A program made the translations under genes and the position numbers. From a virus (Duplodnaviria > Caudoviricetes), in the IMG/VR virus record IMGVR_UViG_3300025011_000043, positions 1 through 61,652 of that record: a DNA stretch of 61,652 nt; one strand, written 5' to 3'. The notes beneath the pieces were generated by a model, which saw nothing but the letters and a program-made list of their open reading frames with translations, did not search any database and had not been told where the DNA came from. Shown one piece after another: positions 1-10,451 of the stretch; the stretch's first letter is position 1; every line of letters begins with the position of its first letter.

Positions 1-50
1 CCTTTCCGTACAAAAATATCCGTTTATGAAATTTTAGCGAGGTGGTGATG

Positions 51-536
51 ATGGGTAGAAACGGACAACCAATCGAAATACTGCAGGCCAAGGGTAAAAG
101 CCATCATCTTACCAAAGCCGAAATTGCAAAACGGAAGGCAGCCCAGATAAAATCTGGCAATAAAACTTTTAAGGCATCAGAACAAGTGATGGCTGATCAA
201 GTGGCACTTACAAAATTTAAACATCTGAAAAAATTATTCCGTGAGATAGAATTCATTGACGGCCTGGATGAAAATATCATTAACCGTTACTGCATAACTT
301 ACAGTCAACTACAGTCATTGCTTGATTATAAAGTCAAACACTCTGGAGCTCTTGAAGGATTGGCTATGTTTGATGAAATGCTTAAACTGGATGCCCGTAT
401 TGACAAAAAGCAGGATCTCTTGATTAAGATGGAGGACCGGCTTTTTCTGAATCCGGTATCGAGACTGAAGAATGTACCCAAGAAAGAAGAAAAGAAAGCC
501 GATCCTTTGGCAGATATGGGATATGGGAATGTATGA
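51..536 (+). CDS. terS: Terminase small subunit (P27 family-like)
   Basis: First gene before TerL with ATGA overlap; C-terminal LFLNPVSRLK motif; start could be 42/48/51 (RBS GAGGTGG at 39-45). Confidence 0.85.
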   Translation: MGRNGQPIEILQAKGKSHHLTKAEIAKRKAAQIKSGNKTFKASEQVMADQVALTKFKHLKKLFREIEFIDGLDENIINRYCITYSQLQSLLDYKVKHSGALEGLAMFDEMLKLDARIDKKQDLLIKMEDRLFLNPVSRLKNVPKKEEKKADPLADMGYGNV

Positions 537-2272
537 AGTACGAACTTAAGCAATACTGTGATGAAGTAATTAACAACGATATAGCCCACTGCTTAAAATA
601 TAAATGGTCTGCTATGCGATTCCTGAGAGATTTGAGACGCGAAGAAACAGACGAATTCCCTTGGTTACTGGATGAAGAAAAAGCTAAACTATATTTCAAT
701 TGGATGCGCCTGTTTAAGCACAGTAAAGGGCCGCTTGCAGGCAAGAAAAAAGAACCAGCACCATATGAGCTTTTTGTTTACGGCAATATCTACGGGTGGG
801 TACACAGGGAAACCGGCTTGAGAAGGTTCCGCAGGTCGTATGAGCAGTTAGCGCGGAAGAATGCAAAATCTCAGGACAAGGGCATCCAAGCATTGTACGA
901 GATATCGGCTTTCGGTGAACCGATGGCAGAGGCTTACGTAGCGGCTACCAAAAAAGCCGATACAAGGTTTGTTTGGGGTGAAGCAAGCTGGTTATATCAG
1001 AATTCAGAACTGCTTAAGGATAAATTCGTAACTAAATTTGACCAAGAGCTGCAAGCCACTGTCATAAAGCACAAAAAGAGCGGTTCTTTTTTTGCACGTC
1101 TATCAAAAGAAGACAAGAAGAATGGCGACGGTACCAATCCCCAATTCGTTGTGCTGGATGAATATCACCAGCACGAAACAACGGAATATTACGACTTAGC
1201 TTCATCCGGCATGAAAACAAGGTTACAGCCTTTATTGTCGATTATAACGACCGCCGGTTTTGAGCTGAATAACCCTTGCTACCGTGTTGAATATGATTAT
1301 GTCAGTAAGATACTTGACCCCGATAATCCCGTTGAGAATGACCGTTATTTTGTTTCAATATGTGAGGCCGAAACTGACGAAAACGGCAAGATGATAGACG
1401 ATATAACAAGTGAGTCTGCCCGTTTAAAGTCAAACCCCATCATCGGTAATACCGCTGTAGGTAAAGAGTCTATCGAATATGACGTTATGGAAGCGCAGGA
1501 CAAGCCCGAAAAATTGCGGGACGTTCTAACAAAGACGTTCAATATCTGGATCAACCAACGAGCTGCCGGTTATATGAATATGGCAAAATGGAAATTGTGT
1601 AGCACAAATGACGGCAGACCATTCCCAGACGTTACGGGTATGAAAGTTTATCCTGGACTTGATCTTGCGGCAACACTTGACTTAACAAGTCTGTCATTCG
1701 ATGTACCATTGCCAGATGGGTGTTATGCTGTTTTGTCTCACTCCTTTATGCCTGAGGAAACTTATGATGCGAGAATGAGGGAGGGTAAAATTAGATTCGA
1801 CCTATGGAGGGATCAAGGATGGCTGACGGTTACGCCGGAGGCTGAAGTTGACTACCACTTTATTTTAGAATACCTAATTAAAACTTTCGAAGAATACAAA
1901 TGGCCTAAGGGTGAGATATGTTTTGACCGGGCACTTGCTACCTGGCTATCGCATGAACTCGATCTATTAGGATTTATCCCGGTAGATATACCGCAGTCAT
2001 TTACCGGCTTAAGCGAGGCGACAAAGGATTTTAGGGCTAAGGTGTATAACAAAAAAATATTCCACAATAATAACCCTGTTTTAACCTGGGCAATAGGCAA
2101 TGCCGTAGTCAGAAAAGGTCCAAGTGAAAATATCATGCTGGATAAGTCTAAGGCAAGTGATAAAATTGACCCGTTAGCATCGCTCATTAACGCTCATGTG
2201 CGGGCTATGGTTAACGAAAAGCCCAAAAAATCAGCTTACGAGGACACTACGAGAGAGGTATTTGCGGGATGA
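533..2272 (+). CDS. terL: Terminase large subunit
   Basis: Walker A-like ARKNAKS, Walker B VVLDEYH, coupling motif ITTAG, nuclease GLDLA...KIDPLAS. Confidence 0.97.
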   Translation: MKYELKQYCDEVINNDIAHCLKYKWSAMRFLRDLRREETDEFPWLLDEEKAKLYFNWMRLFKHSKGPLAGKKKEPAPYELFVYGNIYGWVHRETGLRRFRRSYEQLARKNAKSQDKGIQALYEISAFGEPMAEAYVAATKKADTRFVWGEASWLYQNSELLKDKFVTKFDQELQATVIKHKKSGSFFARLSKEDKKNGDGTNPQFVVLDEYHQHETTEYYDLASSGMKTRLQPLLSIITTAGFELNNPCYRVEYDYVSKILDPDNPVENDRYFVSICEAETDENGKMIDDITSESARLKSNPIIGNTAVGKESIEYDVMEAQDKPEKLRDVLTKTFNIWINQRAAGYMNMAKWKLCSTNDGRPFPDVTGMKVYPGLDLAATLDLTSLSFDVPLPDGCYAVLSHSFMPEETYDARMREGKIRFDLWRDQGWLTVTPEAEVDYHFILEYLIKTFEEYKWPKGEICFDRALATWLSHELDLLGFIPVDIPQSFTGLSEATKDFRAKVYNKKIFHNNNPVLTWAIGNAVVRKGPSENIMLDKSKASDKIDPLASLINAHVRAMVNEKPKKSAYEDTTREVFAG

Positions 2273-2436
2273 AAAAAGATAAAAAGTTACCTGTTGATGC
2301 TTCAGACCTGCTGATTATAGCAGGAGTGGCTATTACAGGAACAGGAATTTGGCAAATATATCAGCCAGCTTCATTAATTTTTGTTGGTATTTGTAGCCTT
2401 ATTGCTGGTATTTTAGGCTTAAGGCAGGTGGAATGA
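2269..2436 (+). CDS. Small membrane protein (55 aa) between terL and portal
   Basis: Not in ORF track; MKKDKKLPVDASDLLIIAGVAITGTGIWQIYQPASLIFVGICSLIAGILGLRQVE, ATGA-coupled at both ends, two hydrophobic stretches. Confidence 0.75.
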   Translation: MKKDKKLPVDASDLLIIAGVAITGTGIWQIYQPASLIFVGICSLIAGILGLRQVE

Positions 2437-3689
2437 TGGGGATATTTAAAAAACTAATAGGGCAGAGAAGCGGGGCAAGCATTTCTAATCCAAGTAAGTG
2501 GCTTATGGATTTATTTGGCGGTAGCAGTGAGTCAAAGGCTGGCGCAATCGTAAACGAAAAGACAGCTATGTACTACTCTACAGTCTTTGCCTGTGTTCGA
2601 ATTATATCTGAAACAATAGCATCCTTACCGCTACATCTATATCGAGGGTTACCTGATGAGGGCAAAGAAAAAGCAGTGTCCCACCCACTATACTCTGTGT
2701 TACACGACATTGGAAATCCTGAGATGCCAAGCTTTACCGTTCGGGAAACCATACAGGCGCATATAAGTACATGGGGTAATGGCTGTGCTGAAATAGAATT
2801 CAATAACGGCGGATACCCAATAGCACTTTGGCCTATGCGACCAGATCGCTTACAGATTGAGAGAGAAAAAATGCTTGGCGACGTCGGGGATCGTAGAAGC
2901 GGTCTTCTTGTTTACCGCTATACTTTTGGTACAGGGGAGCAGGTTGTTTTGCCTGCAAGCAACGTACTCCATATTCCTGGACTTGGTTTCGATGGGATCA
3001 AAGGTTACTCCCCAATCAGCATGGCAAGGGAGGCAATTGGTTTAGGGTTAGCTACTGAGGAATTCGGGGCTAGATTTTTTGGTAATGGAACTCACCCAGG
3101 CGTTATAGTTGAGCATCCAGGAGAGTTATCTGACAATGCTTTTAATCATCTTAAGTCCCAGTTAACGCAAAAACATGCCGGTCTTGGTAAAAGCCATAGG
3201 TTGATGTTGCTTGACGAAGGTATGAAACTCCAGTCTTTAGGCATCCCACCTGAAGACGCACAGTTTTTAGAGACAAGGAAATTCCAAAAATCTGAAATAG
3301 CCGGTATCTACCGAGTGCCGCCCCATATGATTGGTGACCTGGAAAAAGCAACTTTTTCCAATATAGAGCAACAATCCCTTGAATTTGTACGGGACACTAT
3401 ACGCCCCTGGTGTGTACGGTGGGAACAGTATATGTTTATGAAGTTGTTGACACCTGCCGAGCGCAAAAAATATTTTATTGAGCATCTATTAGACGGTCTT
3501 TTGCGTGGTGATATAACCAGTAGATATAATGCCTATGCGGTTGGCAGACAATGGGGTTGGCTTTCAGCGGATGATATTAGGGCTTTGGAAAACATGAACC
3601 CTTTGCCAGACGGTCAGGGGAAAAAGTATCTTACCCCGTTAAATATGGCTTCGGCAGACCAGACAGGTCATGGCACCACAAAACAATAA
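2433..3689 (+). CDS. Portal protein, HK97 family
   Basis: VFACVRIISETIASLPL, GIKGYSPI, PEDAQFLETRKF, ATFSNIEQQ motifs. Confidence 0.97.
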   Translation: MMGIFKKLIGQRSGASISNPSKWLMDLFGGSSESKAGAIVNEKTAMYYSTVFACVRIISETIASLPLHLYRGLPDEGKEKAVSHPLYSVLHDIGNPEMPSFTVRETIQAHISTWGNGCAEIEFNNGGYPIALWPMRPDRLQIEREKMLGDVGDRRSGLLVYRYTFGTGEQVVLPASNVLHIPGLGFDGIKGYSPISMAREAIGLGLATEEFGARFFGNGTHPGVIVEHPGELSDNAFNHLKSQLTQKHAGLGKSHRLMLLDEGMKLQSLGIPPEDAQFLETRKFQKSEIAGIYRVPPHMIGDLEKATFSNIEQQSLEFVRDTIRPWCVRWEQYMFMKLLTPAERKKYFIEHLLDGLLRGDITSRYNAYAVGRQWGWLSADDIRALENMNPLPDGQGKKYLTPLNMASADQTGHGTTKQ

Positions 3690-3713
3690 CTTGGATATGG
3701 AGGTGAAACTGAA

Positions 3714-4439
3714 TTGAGTAAAAACAAACCGCCGGTACTCTACAGAGAAATGACCTTTCAAAGGGACGCTATTGACGAATCATCACGTATAGCCACTTTA
3801 AGTTTTTCGAGTGAGGCTCCTGTAATACGCCAGTCATGGTTTATGGGCGCATGGACTGAAATTCTTAGGCATGAAACACAGGCTATTGATATGATGAGGC
3901 TTAGGGATATGGGTGTACTCTTGTATATGCACAGTTCCTATTCTCCAATTGGGAGTATTATGGAGCCGTATCTTGATGAAAGCCAGCGTAAATGTATGGC
4001 AAAAGCCCGTTTTGACACAGATCCGCAAAGCGACGCAGTGTTCCAGAAGGTCCTGAGTGGTACTTTGCGCGGCGTTTCAGTAGGATACCGGGTGCTTGAA
4101 GAAGATTGGGAGGTAGTAAAAGACGGCAAGAAGTCTTCTTGTGGGCGTTTTACTGGTCCGTGCGAGATAGCAAACCGATGGACGCCCTACGAGGTAAGTA
4201 TTGTTTCTCTACCTGCTGATGTTACTGTGGGTGTGGGCCGTTCAAATGAAACAGGTTTTGAAATGTCTGAATATATGTTTGGCCGTATGGCTGATGTTAT
4301 AACTGAAAGGATTATGAAAAATATTCCTTTTGAGATACCTAAAAAACCGGAAAAAGAGGATGAACGCTCTGAGGAATCAGGAAAATTACAAATAATGCGG
4401 CGAAAACTTGATTTAATTTCCCGTATAGACACCATGTAG
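3714..4439 (+). CDS. Prohead protease (HK97/caudovirus type)
   Basis: LLYMH, GVSVGY, PYEVSIVSLPAD motifs; between portal and capsid. Confidence 0.9.
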   Translation: MSKNKPPVLYREMTFQRDAIDESSRIATLSFSSEAPVIRQSWFMGAWTEILRHETQAIDMMRLRDMGVLLYMHSSYSPIGSIMEPYLDESQRKCMAKARFDTDPQSDAVFQKVLSGTLRGVSVGYRVLEEDWEVVKDGKKSSCGRFTGPCEIANRWTPYEVSIVSLPADVTVGVGRSNETGFEMSEYMFGRMADVITERIMKNIPFEIPKKPEKEDERSEESGKLQIMRRKLDLISRIDTM

Positions 4440-4498
4440 ATGGTGTTTTTTATATTGAAACCCGTAAATTAGCCCAAAAATAAGTAGGAGGATGAAAA

Positions 4499-5758
4499 AT
4501 GCCATTAAGAGAAAAGAAACAAGCCCGTTTCGCCCTTGTTGGCGAGGCAAGAGTTATGCTTGATACTGCTGAAAAAGAAAAACGTGACCTTACAGCAGAA
4601 GAGAATGAGCAGTACGAAAGAATTATGGCCGATGTTGACCGCATAGGAACCGAAATTCAAGCCGAAGAACGCAAGCAGGAACGTCGTGCCAAAGTGGATG
4701 GCCTTACCCGCGAATTAGAAGGAAGCCAAGGACGTTTTGTGGGCGGGGAAAATCCGCAAGGACAAAGCAATGATGAGCAGCGAAATGCCAGGCCACGCGA
4801 TACAGAAGAATACAAAGCAGCTTTTCGCGAGTATCTTATTGGTGGCAGAGATGCGCTAACACAAAACCAGATGCGATCACTGCAGGCAGACAGCGATACT
4901 AAGGGCGGATATACCGTAGCTCCTATTCAGTTTGTCATGGAGCTTCTAAAAGATGTTGACGATGCCTTGGTAATTCGTCAGTTAGCTAGGACATTTACTC
5001 TAGATAAAGCTGAAAGCCTTGGTGTTCCAACTCGTGAAAGTCGCTATGATGACTTTGATTGGACAGGTGAAGTTAATACCGTTGAAGAGGACGACGGCAT
5101 GACTTTTGGAAAGCGCGAACTCAGGCCGCATCCGCTCAGCAAACTGATTAAAATATCTTCAAAACTCATGCGCCAGTCAATGCTTGATCCGGAAGGACTT
5201 GTTCGTCAGGAAATTTCCTATATTCTAGGCGGTACACAGGAGAAGGCATTTATGACCGGGCCAGGTGCAGGAAGGCCGCTGGGATTTTTCACTGCAAGCG
5301 ACGATGGCATCCCGACATCGCGAGACATAAGCACCGGCAACACTGCAACTGATGTAAAAGGAGATGGCTTAATAGAGGCTAAATACGCTCTTAAATCTCA
5401 GTACGTGGCGAATGCCAGATGGTTATTTCATCGCGATACCATGAAACGTATCCGTAAATTAAAAGACGGTAATGGAAATTATATTTGGATGGCCGGCCTA
5501 ACTAATGGACAACCTGATACAATTCTTGAGGTGCCCTACATCATGTCAGAATTTGCACCAAACACCTTTACTACCGGTCAGTACGTGGGAATTATCGGCG
5601 ACTTCCGGTTCTACTGGATTGTTGACGCATTGAATATGGAAATCCAGCGGTTGATTGAACTATTCAGTCTGAACAACAAGATCGGCTTTGTTATTAGGGC
5701 TGAAACAGATGCAATGCCGGTGAGAGCTGAAGCATTCGCCAGGGTGAAGCTGGGTTAA
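4499..5758 (+). CDS. Major capsid protein, HK97 fold, with N-terminal scaffold (delta) domain
   Basis: Coiled-coil N-terminus, GGYTVAP, IRKLKDGNGNYIW, IGDF motifs. Confidence 0.96.
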   Translation: MPLREKKQARFALVGEARVMLDTAEKEKRDLTAEENEQYERIMADVDRIGTEIQAEERKQERRAKVDGLTRELEGSQGRFVGGENPQGQSNDEQRNARPRDTEEYKAAFREYLIGGRDALTQNQMRSLQADSDTKGGYTVAPIQFVMELLKDVDDALVIRQLARTFTLDKAESLGVPTRESRYDDFDWTGEVNTVEEDDGMTFGKRELRPHPLSKLIKISSKLMRQSMLDPEGLVRQEISYILGGTQEKAFMTGPGAGRPLGFFTASDDGIPTSRDISTGNTATDVKGDGLIEAKYALKSQYVANARWLFHRDTMKRIRKLKDGNGNYIWMAGLTNGQPDTILEVPYIMSEFAPNTFTTGQYVGIIGDFRFYWIVDALNMEIQRLIELFSLNNKIGFVIRAETDAMPVRAEAFARVKLG

Positions 5759-5806
5759 TTCCTAACTTCACTTTTCATAAATAAAAAAAACAGGAGGCTA
5801 TAGACC

Positions 5807-6235
5807 GTGAATCTTTCAAGTGAAATCAAGATTACAAAAGTTAAAGCTGCTGAAGTAAGCGCCGGGACCGAAGTACTGAGCGATGAGGTTAATATGGCTG
5901 GTTATGACGGAGTTGTGTTTTTCACCGCTATAGGCACAGCAAACGCCGGAAATTACATCAAGGCTCAACAGGACGATGTAATGGGAATGGCCGGGGCAGC
6001 CGACCTGGAAGGGACAAAAGTTGTCGCTACCGCAAACGATCAAGTTATTTGGCTGGACGTTTACCGCCCGCTGAAACAATTTGTGCGCGTATCAGTTATC
6101 CGTGCCGGTGCAGGTTCAACCGTTGGTGAAATTTATGCTTTGCGTTACGCGGGACGGATGCGCCCGGTTGATAATGTAATTACCAATACGATTATCGGTG
6201 AACTGCATGTGAGTCCCAACGAAGGAACCGCCTAG
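5807..6235 (+). CDS. Putative capsid decoration protein
   Basis: Beta-rich 142 aa protein directly after MCP with RBS AGGAGG. Confidence 0.55.
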   Translation: MNLSSEIKITKVKAAEVSAGTEVLSDEVNMAGYDGVVFFTAIGTANAGNYIKAQQDDVMGMAGAADLEGTKVVATANDQVIWLDVYRPLKQFVRVSVIRAGAGSTVGEIYALRYAGRMRPVDNVITNTIIGELHVSPNEGTA

Positions 6236-6290
6236 TTAATTTAAAAACCTGGTCCGGGTTTTATACTCGGGCCATTAAGGAGGTAAACCT

Positions 6291-7265
6291 GTGGCATATA
6301 ATTCAAAAGTCTATCGTAAGCAAGGCGGAGATGAACTTGTTGTCGCCAATGGAGGCATAATCACCGTTGAATCCGGTGGACAAATTAACATAATTTCTCC
6401 CAAAGGAGCAATTTACTTTGTTGACGCTAATATTGGGGCCAGTGGGGATGGTCTTAGTTGGGGTGCAGCCTTTAAAACGATGGCCGAAGCTTTTGCGGTA
6501 ATTGCAAGTGGAGATACTATTTTCTTTCGTGGGAAAATTCGTGAACAATTAACTACACCGGTACAGGTATTTGATGTAACTATTATCGGTGCTGGCAATC
6601 GCCCACGACATGCTGACAGCACTCCTGACGGCGGTCAGGACGTGACCAACACATGGACAATTCCGGCATCGGGTGCAACCACTGCACCGCTTTGTAAGGT
6701 TCTTCAACAAGGTTGGCGATTCGTAAATATCCTGTTCGCCGGGCCTACCGATTCTGATTGTATTCAGTTGTATCGCGATGCGGGCGCGGACGATGCTGAA
6801 CGCGATGCATCGCACGCTGAGTTTATTAATTGCCGCTTTGCCTCTGGTTATAACGGCATTAATGACTCTGGAGGTTGTTGGGGTGCGCTTGTACAGGGGT
6901 GCCGTTTTGGAGCACTCACCAACTTTTGTATTCTAGGCGTGGGTAACATTGGAGTTGGGCAGAGCGATTGGATTATTGAGGATAATCACTTTTATGGTTT
7001 TGCCAACGGCGTAAAGATTGCAGCTTTCGGATGCCGGATTAAGGGCAACACTTTTACCGATGGCGGAACTCCTAACACTACAGTTGTACTTAATACCAAT
7101 AACGGCGGAGGGGCAGATAACTTTGTCGTAGATAATTACTTCCAGACAGCAACTGCTAACTTCAACACACCTGATATTGTTGGAACGGCAACTGATGTAT
7201 GGAATAACACAAGTATTGACGGCACGACGGGGATGATTGGCCGCGAAGTTGGACAGCCGGCGTAA
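6291..7265 (+). CDS. Right-handed beta-helix (pectin lyase-like) virion protein
   Basis: IYFVDAN..GDGLSWGAAFKTMAEA..SGDTIF cap motif, then Asn/Gly-rich parallel beta-helix repeats. Confidence 0.7.
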   Translation: MAYNSKVYRKQGGDELVVANGGIITVESGGQINIISPKGAIYFVDANIGASGDGLSWGAAFKTMAEAFAVIASGDTIFFRGKIREQLTTPVQVFDVTIIGAGNRPRHADSTPDGGQDVTNTWTIPASGATTAPLCKVLQQGWRFVNILFAGPTDSDCIQLYRDAGADDAERDASHAEFINCRFASGYNGINDSGGCWGALVQGCRFGALTNFCILGVGNIGVGQSDWIIEDNHFYGFANGVKIAAFGCRIKGNTFTDGGTPNTTVVLNTNNGGGADNFVVDNYFQTATANFNTPDIVGTATDVWNNTSIDGTTGMIGREVGQPA

Positions 7266-7268
7266 AAT

Positions 7269-7298
7269 AAAAGAGAAGGACAGCTGTCCTTCTCTTTT
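7269..7298 (+). terminator. Intrinsic (bidirectional) terminator
   Basis: AAAAGAGAAGGACA-GC-TGTCCTTCTCTTTT perfect inverted repeat. Confidence 0.7.
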
Positions 7299-7325
7299 CA
7301 CCTCAAGGAATGGAGGGCAAAGCAA

Positions 7326-8345
7326 TTGGCATTTAGGCGAAAAGAAAACTTTGAGCAGTATACCTGCCTTTCCACCGACATAAAGACGACTACAGGAATA
7401 GCTCTTGATTCAATATGTACTGAGACGGACACCGGTGACGAGTATATTTTTAATGGTGCAGCATGGGCAAAAAATAAACCAAAAGCTGCAACTGAAGTAA
7501 CGTTGGCGGCGCTTGAAGCGCTATTAACTAGCATCAAAAACACCGATGGTATAAAGAAGATAACCGATACAGTCAATACCCAACTAATCGGTAGCAGAGG
7601 TGCAGTAATAGCCCACAGGACAGCGATAACTACAGCGGATAAAGTACCAGTAATTACGATAACCGCAGCAGATCAACCAGCCACCGCAGGATCTCTTACT
7701 GCCGTTGCTCATGGAATAGGTGTTGCACCGGGTAATTCCTATGGTTCAGCAGGTGTAAGTGCTCTCGTAACGGTTACGCCTACTGTAAACAAGTCCATAG
7801 ACATAACAATCCCACAAGCAACAGGGGCAGAGTATTACGAAATTTTTGTCAGTACATCAACAAGCAGCCCTCAATTACTTGCACGTATCACAGAGGAACA
7901 ACGTGCCACGGGTTGCGCTATTACAGCAGCTTATACTGTAGGAGCAGGCGGCAGTGCCGGGGTGGTAAATATCCAAGTTGTTGGCACTGGAAACGCTTCA
8001 ACCGCTGCACCATTCGTTGCTAATAACGCTTATATTCCCACAGGCGTTACAGCAGTATCGTGTGCAGGTAAAACAAAAGCATACATTTACCTGGATTTAA
8101 CTATTGCTGATTTAAGAAGTGCTCCGGCAATTGAAATTAACCCGTTTATGCAAAATAATGACTCCGAATCAACTAAATGGTTCCAGATTGAGTCTCAGGC
8201 TATTGCTATAATGAACGGCGCAACAGGACAGCCATTGCCACAAGTTTTTGTAGTAGACGTAAATTCTGCTAGAAATTTAATTGTGCTAGTAGGCACAATC
8301 TCCGGGCAAGGTACTAGTGTAAATATTACCGTAGAATTATTTTAG
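7326..8345 (+). CDS. Virion accessory protein (Thr/Ala-rich beta protein)
   Basis: Long ORF with RBS GGAGGG in the structural module. Confidence 0.55.
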   Translation: MAFRRKENFEQYTCLSTDIKTTTGIALDSICTETDTGDEYIFNGAAWAKNKPKAATEVTLAALEALLTSIKNTDGIKKITDTVNTQLIGSRGAVIAHRTAITTADKVPVITITAADQPATAGSLTAVAHGIGVAPGNSYGSAGVSALVTVTPTVNKSIDITIPQATGAEYYEIFVSTSTSSPQLLARITEEQRATGCAITAAYTVGAGGSAGVVNIQVVGTGNASTAAPFVANNAYIPTGVTAVSCAGKTKAYIYLDLTIADLRSAPAIEINPFMQNNDSESTKWFQIESQAIAIMNGATGQPLPQVFVVDVNSARNLIVLVGTISGQGTSVNITVELF

Positions 8346-8356
8346 GAGGTAAGCAG

Positions 8357-9046
8357 ATGTATATTATCGCTAAACCTCCGAGACTTAAAGGGGTAGAAGA
8401 TATTGTTCAGGACTGCCTTTTAGAGGAATATCGTTTTGAAGAATCTATCGGGGAAATTTTGATTGGTTATAAAAACGGTTATAATGGCACTTCCGGTACA
8501 GGTAATAATAAACCCACACCAACACCTAACGGATGGTTATTTTTTGTTGACGATTATGTTGACTTACCATCGCAAATCAAGGATGCTTTATCTGTAGAAA
8601 AATCTTTTACTACTATTTTTGCGGGGATGCTTAAAGCTAATACCGTTTTAAGTAGCGTAAAAGCAGTGGATGATAGGTTAAATATCAATGTAACCACAGC
8701 ATATCCAAAGACAATAAGAGGTAATTTGTTTAAAACCGTAAATTATAGTCGGGCAGGGCAAGAGTTTAATTCCAATGTTTTTAATGTCTTCACATACACT
8801 TCTGAGGGAGATAAGGCTAAATTTTTTATAAACAAAGATAATTTTCGTAACGGAATAACTGCTTCTAGTGCTGGGACTACGCTTGGTTGTCGTATTGGAT
8901 TAAGACCTATAGGTTCGATAGGACTAGAAGGAATATTATCTCACATGCTTATATATACCAGAGTATTAACGGATTCAGAAATACTAAGAAACTACAGGGT
9001 ATTGAAAAATACCCTAAAATTAAGGGGTGTAATTATTGGCGACTAA
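8357..9046 (+). CDS. LamG/concanavalin-like domain protein
   Basis: DDYVDLP and IG...GILSHMLIYTRVLTDSEI LamG_3-like motifs. Confidence 0.6.
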   Translation: MYIIAKPPRLKGVEDIVQDCLLEEYRFEESIGEILIGYKNGYNGTSGTGNNKPTPTPNGWLFFVDDYVDLPSQIKDALSVEKSFTTIFAGMLKANTVLSSVKAVDDRLNINVTTAYPKTIRGNLFKTVNYSRAGQEFNSNVFNVFTYTSEGDKAKFFINKDNFRNGITASSAGTTLGCRIGLRPIGSIGLEGILSHMLIYTRVLTDSEILRNYRVLKNTLKLRGVIIGD

Positions 9047-9263
9047 AGTTATTATTTTTCCGACATTAGAAAGTTTTCAGTCATGTCAAAATCCTTTACC
9101 AAGCGGTCAAATTTTCTGCAATCCTGTACCGGCTAACGATGGCATAAGATATGCTATGTGTATGGATTGGGTTCAAATGGATTTAGATTATTTTGCTACT
9201 CTGGAAGGGGTAACTATCGCAGACACATTGCCTAGCGATTGGTACTACCCAGAGGAAGGTTAA
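9036..9263 (+). CDS. Hypothetical protein
   Basis: Coupled to upstream gene. Confidence 0.55.
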   Translation: MATKVIIFPTLESFQSCQNPLPSGQIFCNPVPANDGIRYAMCMDWVQMDLDYFATLEGVTIADTLPSDWYYPEEG

Positions 9264-9347
9264 CCAACTAAAGAAGTTGTGTTAGTTGGGATATATAATA
9301 TTTTAGATAACCGCTTCCGGGCGGTTTTCTTGTGGAGGTGAATTAAC

Positions 9348-10115
9348 ATTGCCTTAAAATTAATCACGGCGCCGACAGCAGATCCCGTAACGCTTACCGA
9401 AGCAAAAGAACACTGCAGAATAGACGGAGCTAGTGAGGACACCTATATCTCCGGTCTAATCACCGCAGCTACGGCATACTGCGAAAGCTATCAGAGATTA
9501 GCCTATTTACTGCAAACTTGGGAACTCTGGCTTGATGATTGGCCCTACTGTGGCTATATATCTATTCCAAGGCCCCCCCTGCAGTCGGTTGCTTCGGTGA
9601 AATATTACGACACCGAAAATGTTGAACATGCTATGCCGGAAACTGACTATTTCGTTGATGCTGTGAGCGAACCAGGTCGCGTATCGCTTGGATATAGTAA
9701 ACTATGGCCGACGGAGGTACTTCGACCGGCAAATGCTGTCTGTGTGCGTTTTACTGCAGGTTATCCGTCGTATACAGGAGTGGTCAACACCAACGGCACG
9801 GCCGTAACTAGGGTAAGCGGCAGTGAATTTAATGTCAACTGGTCCGCGGGCAAGTCTATTGAAATTAACGGAGTTGTTTACACTATCGCTTCCGTTACTG
9901 ACGAGGATAACTTGGTGCTTACTGCTACGGCAGGGACACTGACCAATAAAACCTATACCACCAACGATGTGCCGCAGAAAATTAAACAAGCAATATTATT
10001 CCTGGTTTCCCACTGGAACGAGAAACGGGAACCCATAGTAGACGGAACTGTCAGCGGAGAAATACCATTTACCGTTTCTGCGCTGCTTGGCCAGGATAAA
10101 ATTATTTTAGTATAG
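9348..10115 (+). CDS. Head-tail connector (gp6-like) with apparent ATT start and an inserted beta domain
   Basis: Frame open from ATT 9348 behind RBS GGAGGTG: (M)ALKLITAPTADPVTLTEAKEHCRID...; C-terminal VPQKIKQAILFLVSHWNEKRE. Confidence 0.85.
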   Translation: MALKLITAPTADPVTLTEAKEHCRIDGASEDTYISGLITAATAYCESYQRLAYLLQTWELWLDDWPYCGYISIPRPPLQSVASVKYYDTENVEHAMPETDYFVDAVSEPGRVSLGYSKLWPTEVLRPANAVCVRFTAGYPSYTGVVNTNGTAVTRVSGSEFNVNWSAGKSIEINGVVYTIASVTDEDNLVLTATAGTLTNKTYTTNDVPQKIKQAILFLVSHWNEKREPIVDGTVSGEIPFTVSALLGQDKIILV

Positions 10116-10127
10116 GGGGTGGTAGTT

Positions 10128-10451
10128 GTGGGAGCGGGTAAATACAGGCACAGAATAACGATCCAGCAACTGACCACCTCTAAGGGCAGTCTAGGTGGAG
10201 TTGTAAAAACCTGGTCAACTTTTGCGACTGTAAGGGCGCAGGTTTTAGCTCTGTCAGGGCGCGAGTTCTGGCAGTCAAAACAGGTCAACGCTGATACTAC
10301 CCATAAAGTAACCATTCGTTACTTGTCAGGTGTACTACCGACTATGAGAATTGTTTTTGACGGCCGAATTTTGGAGATTGAAAGCATTATTCCTGACGAG
10401 CGGAAACGTGAAATGGTTTTAATGTGTGTCGATAGGGGCGAGGTTGTCTAA
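10128..10451 (+). CDS. Head closure protein (SPP1 gp16-like)
   Basis: AGKYRHRITIQ..W..FATVRA..LSGREF motif. Confidence 0.9.
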   Translation: MGAGKYRHRITIQQLTTSKGSLGGVVKTWSTFATVRAQVLALSGREFWQSKQVNADTTHKVTIRYLSGVLPTMRIVFDGRILEIESIIPDERKREMVLMCVDRGEVV

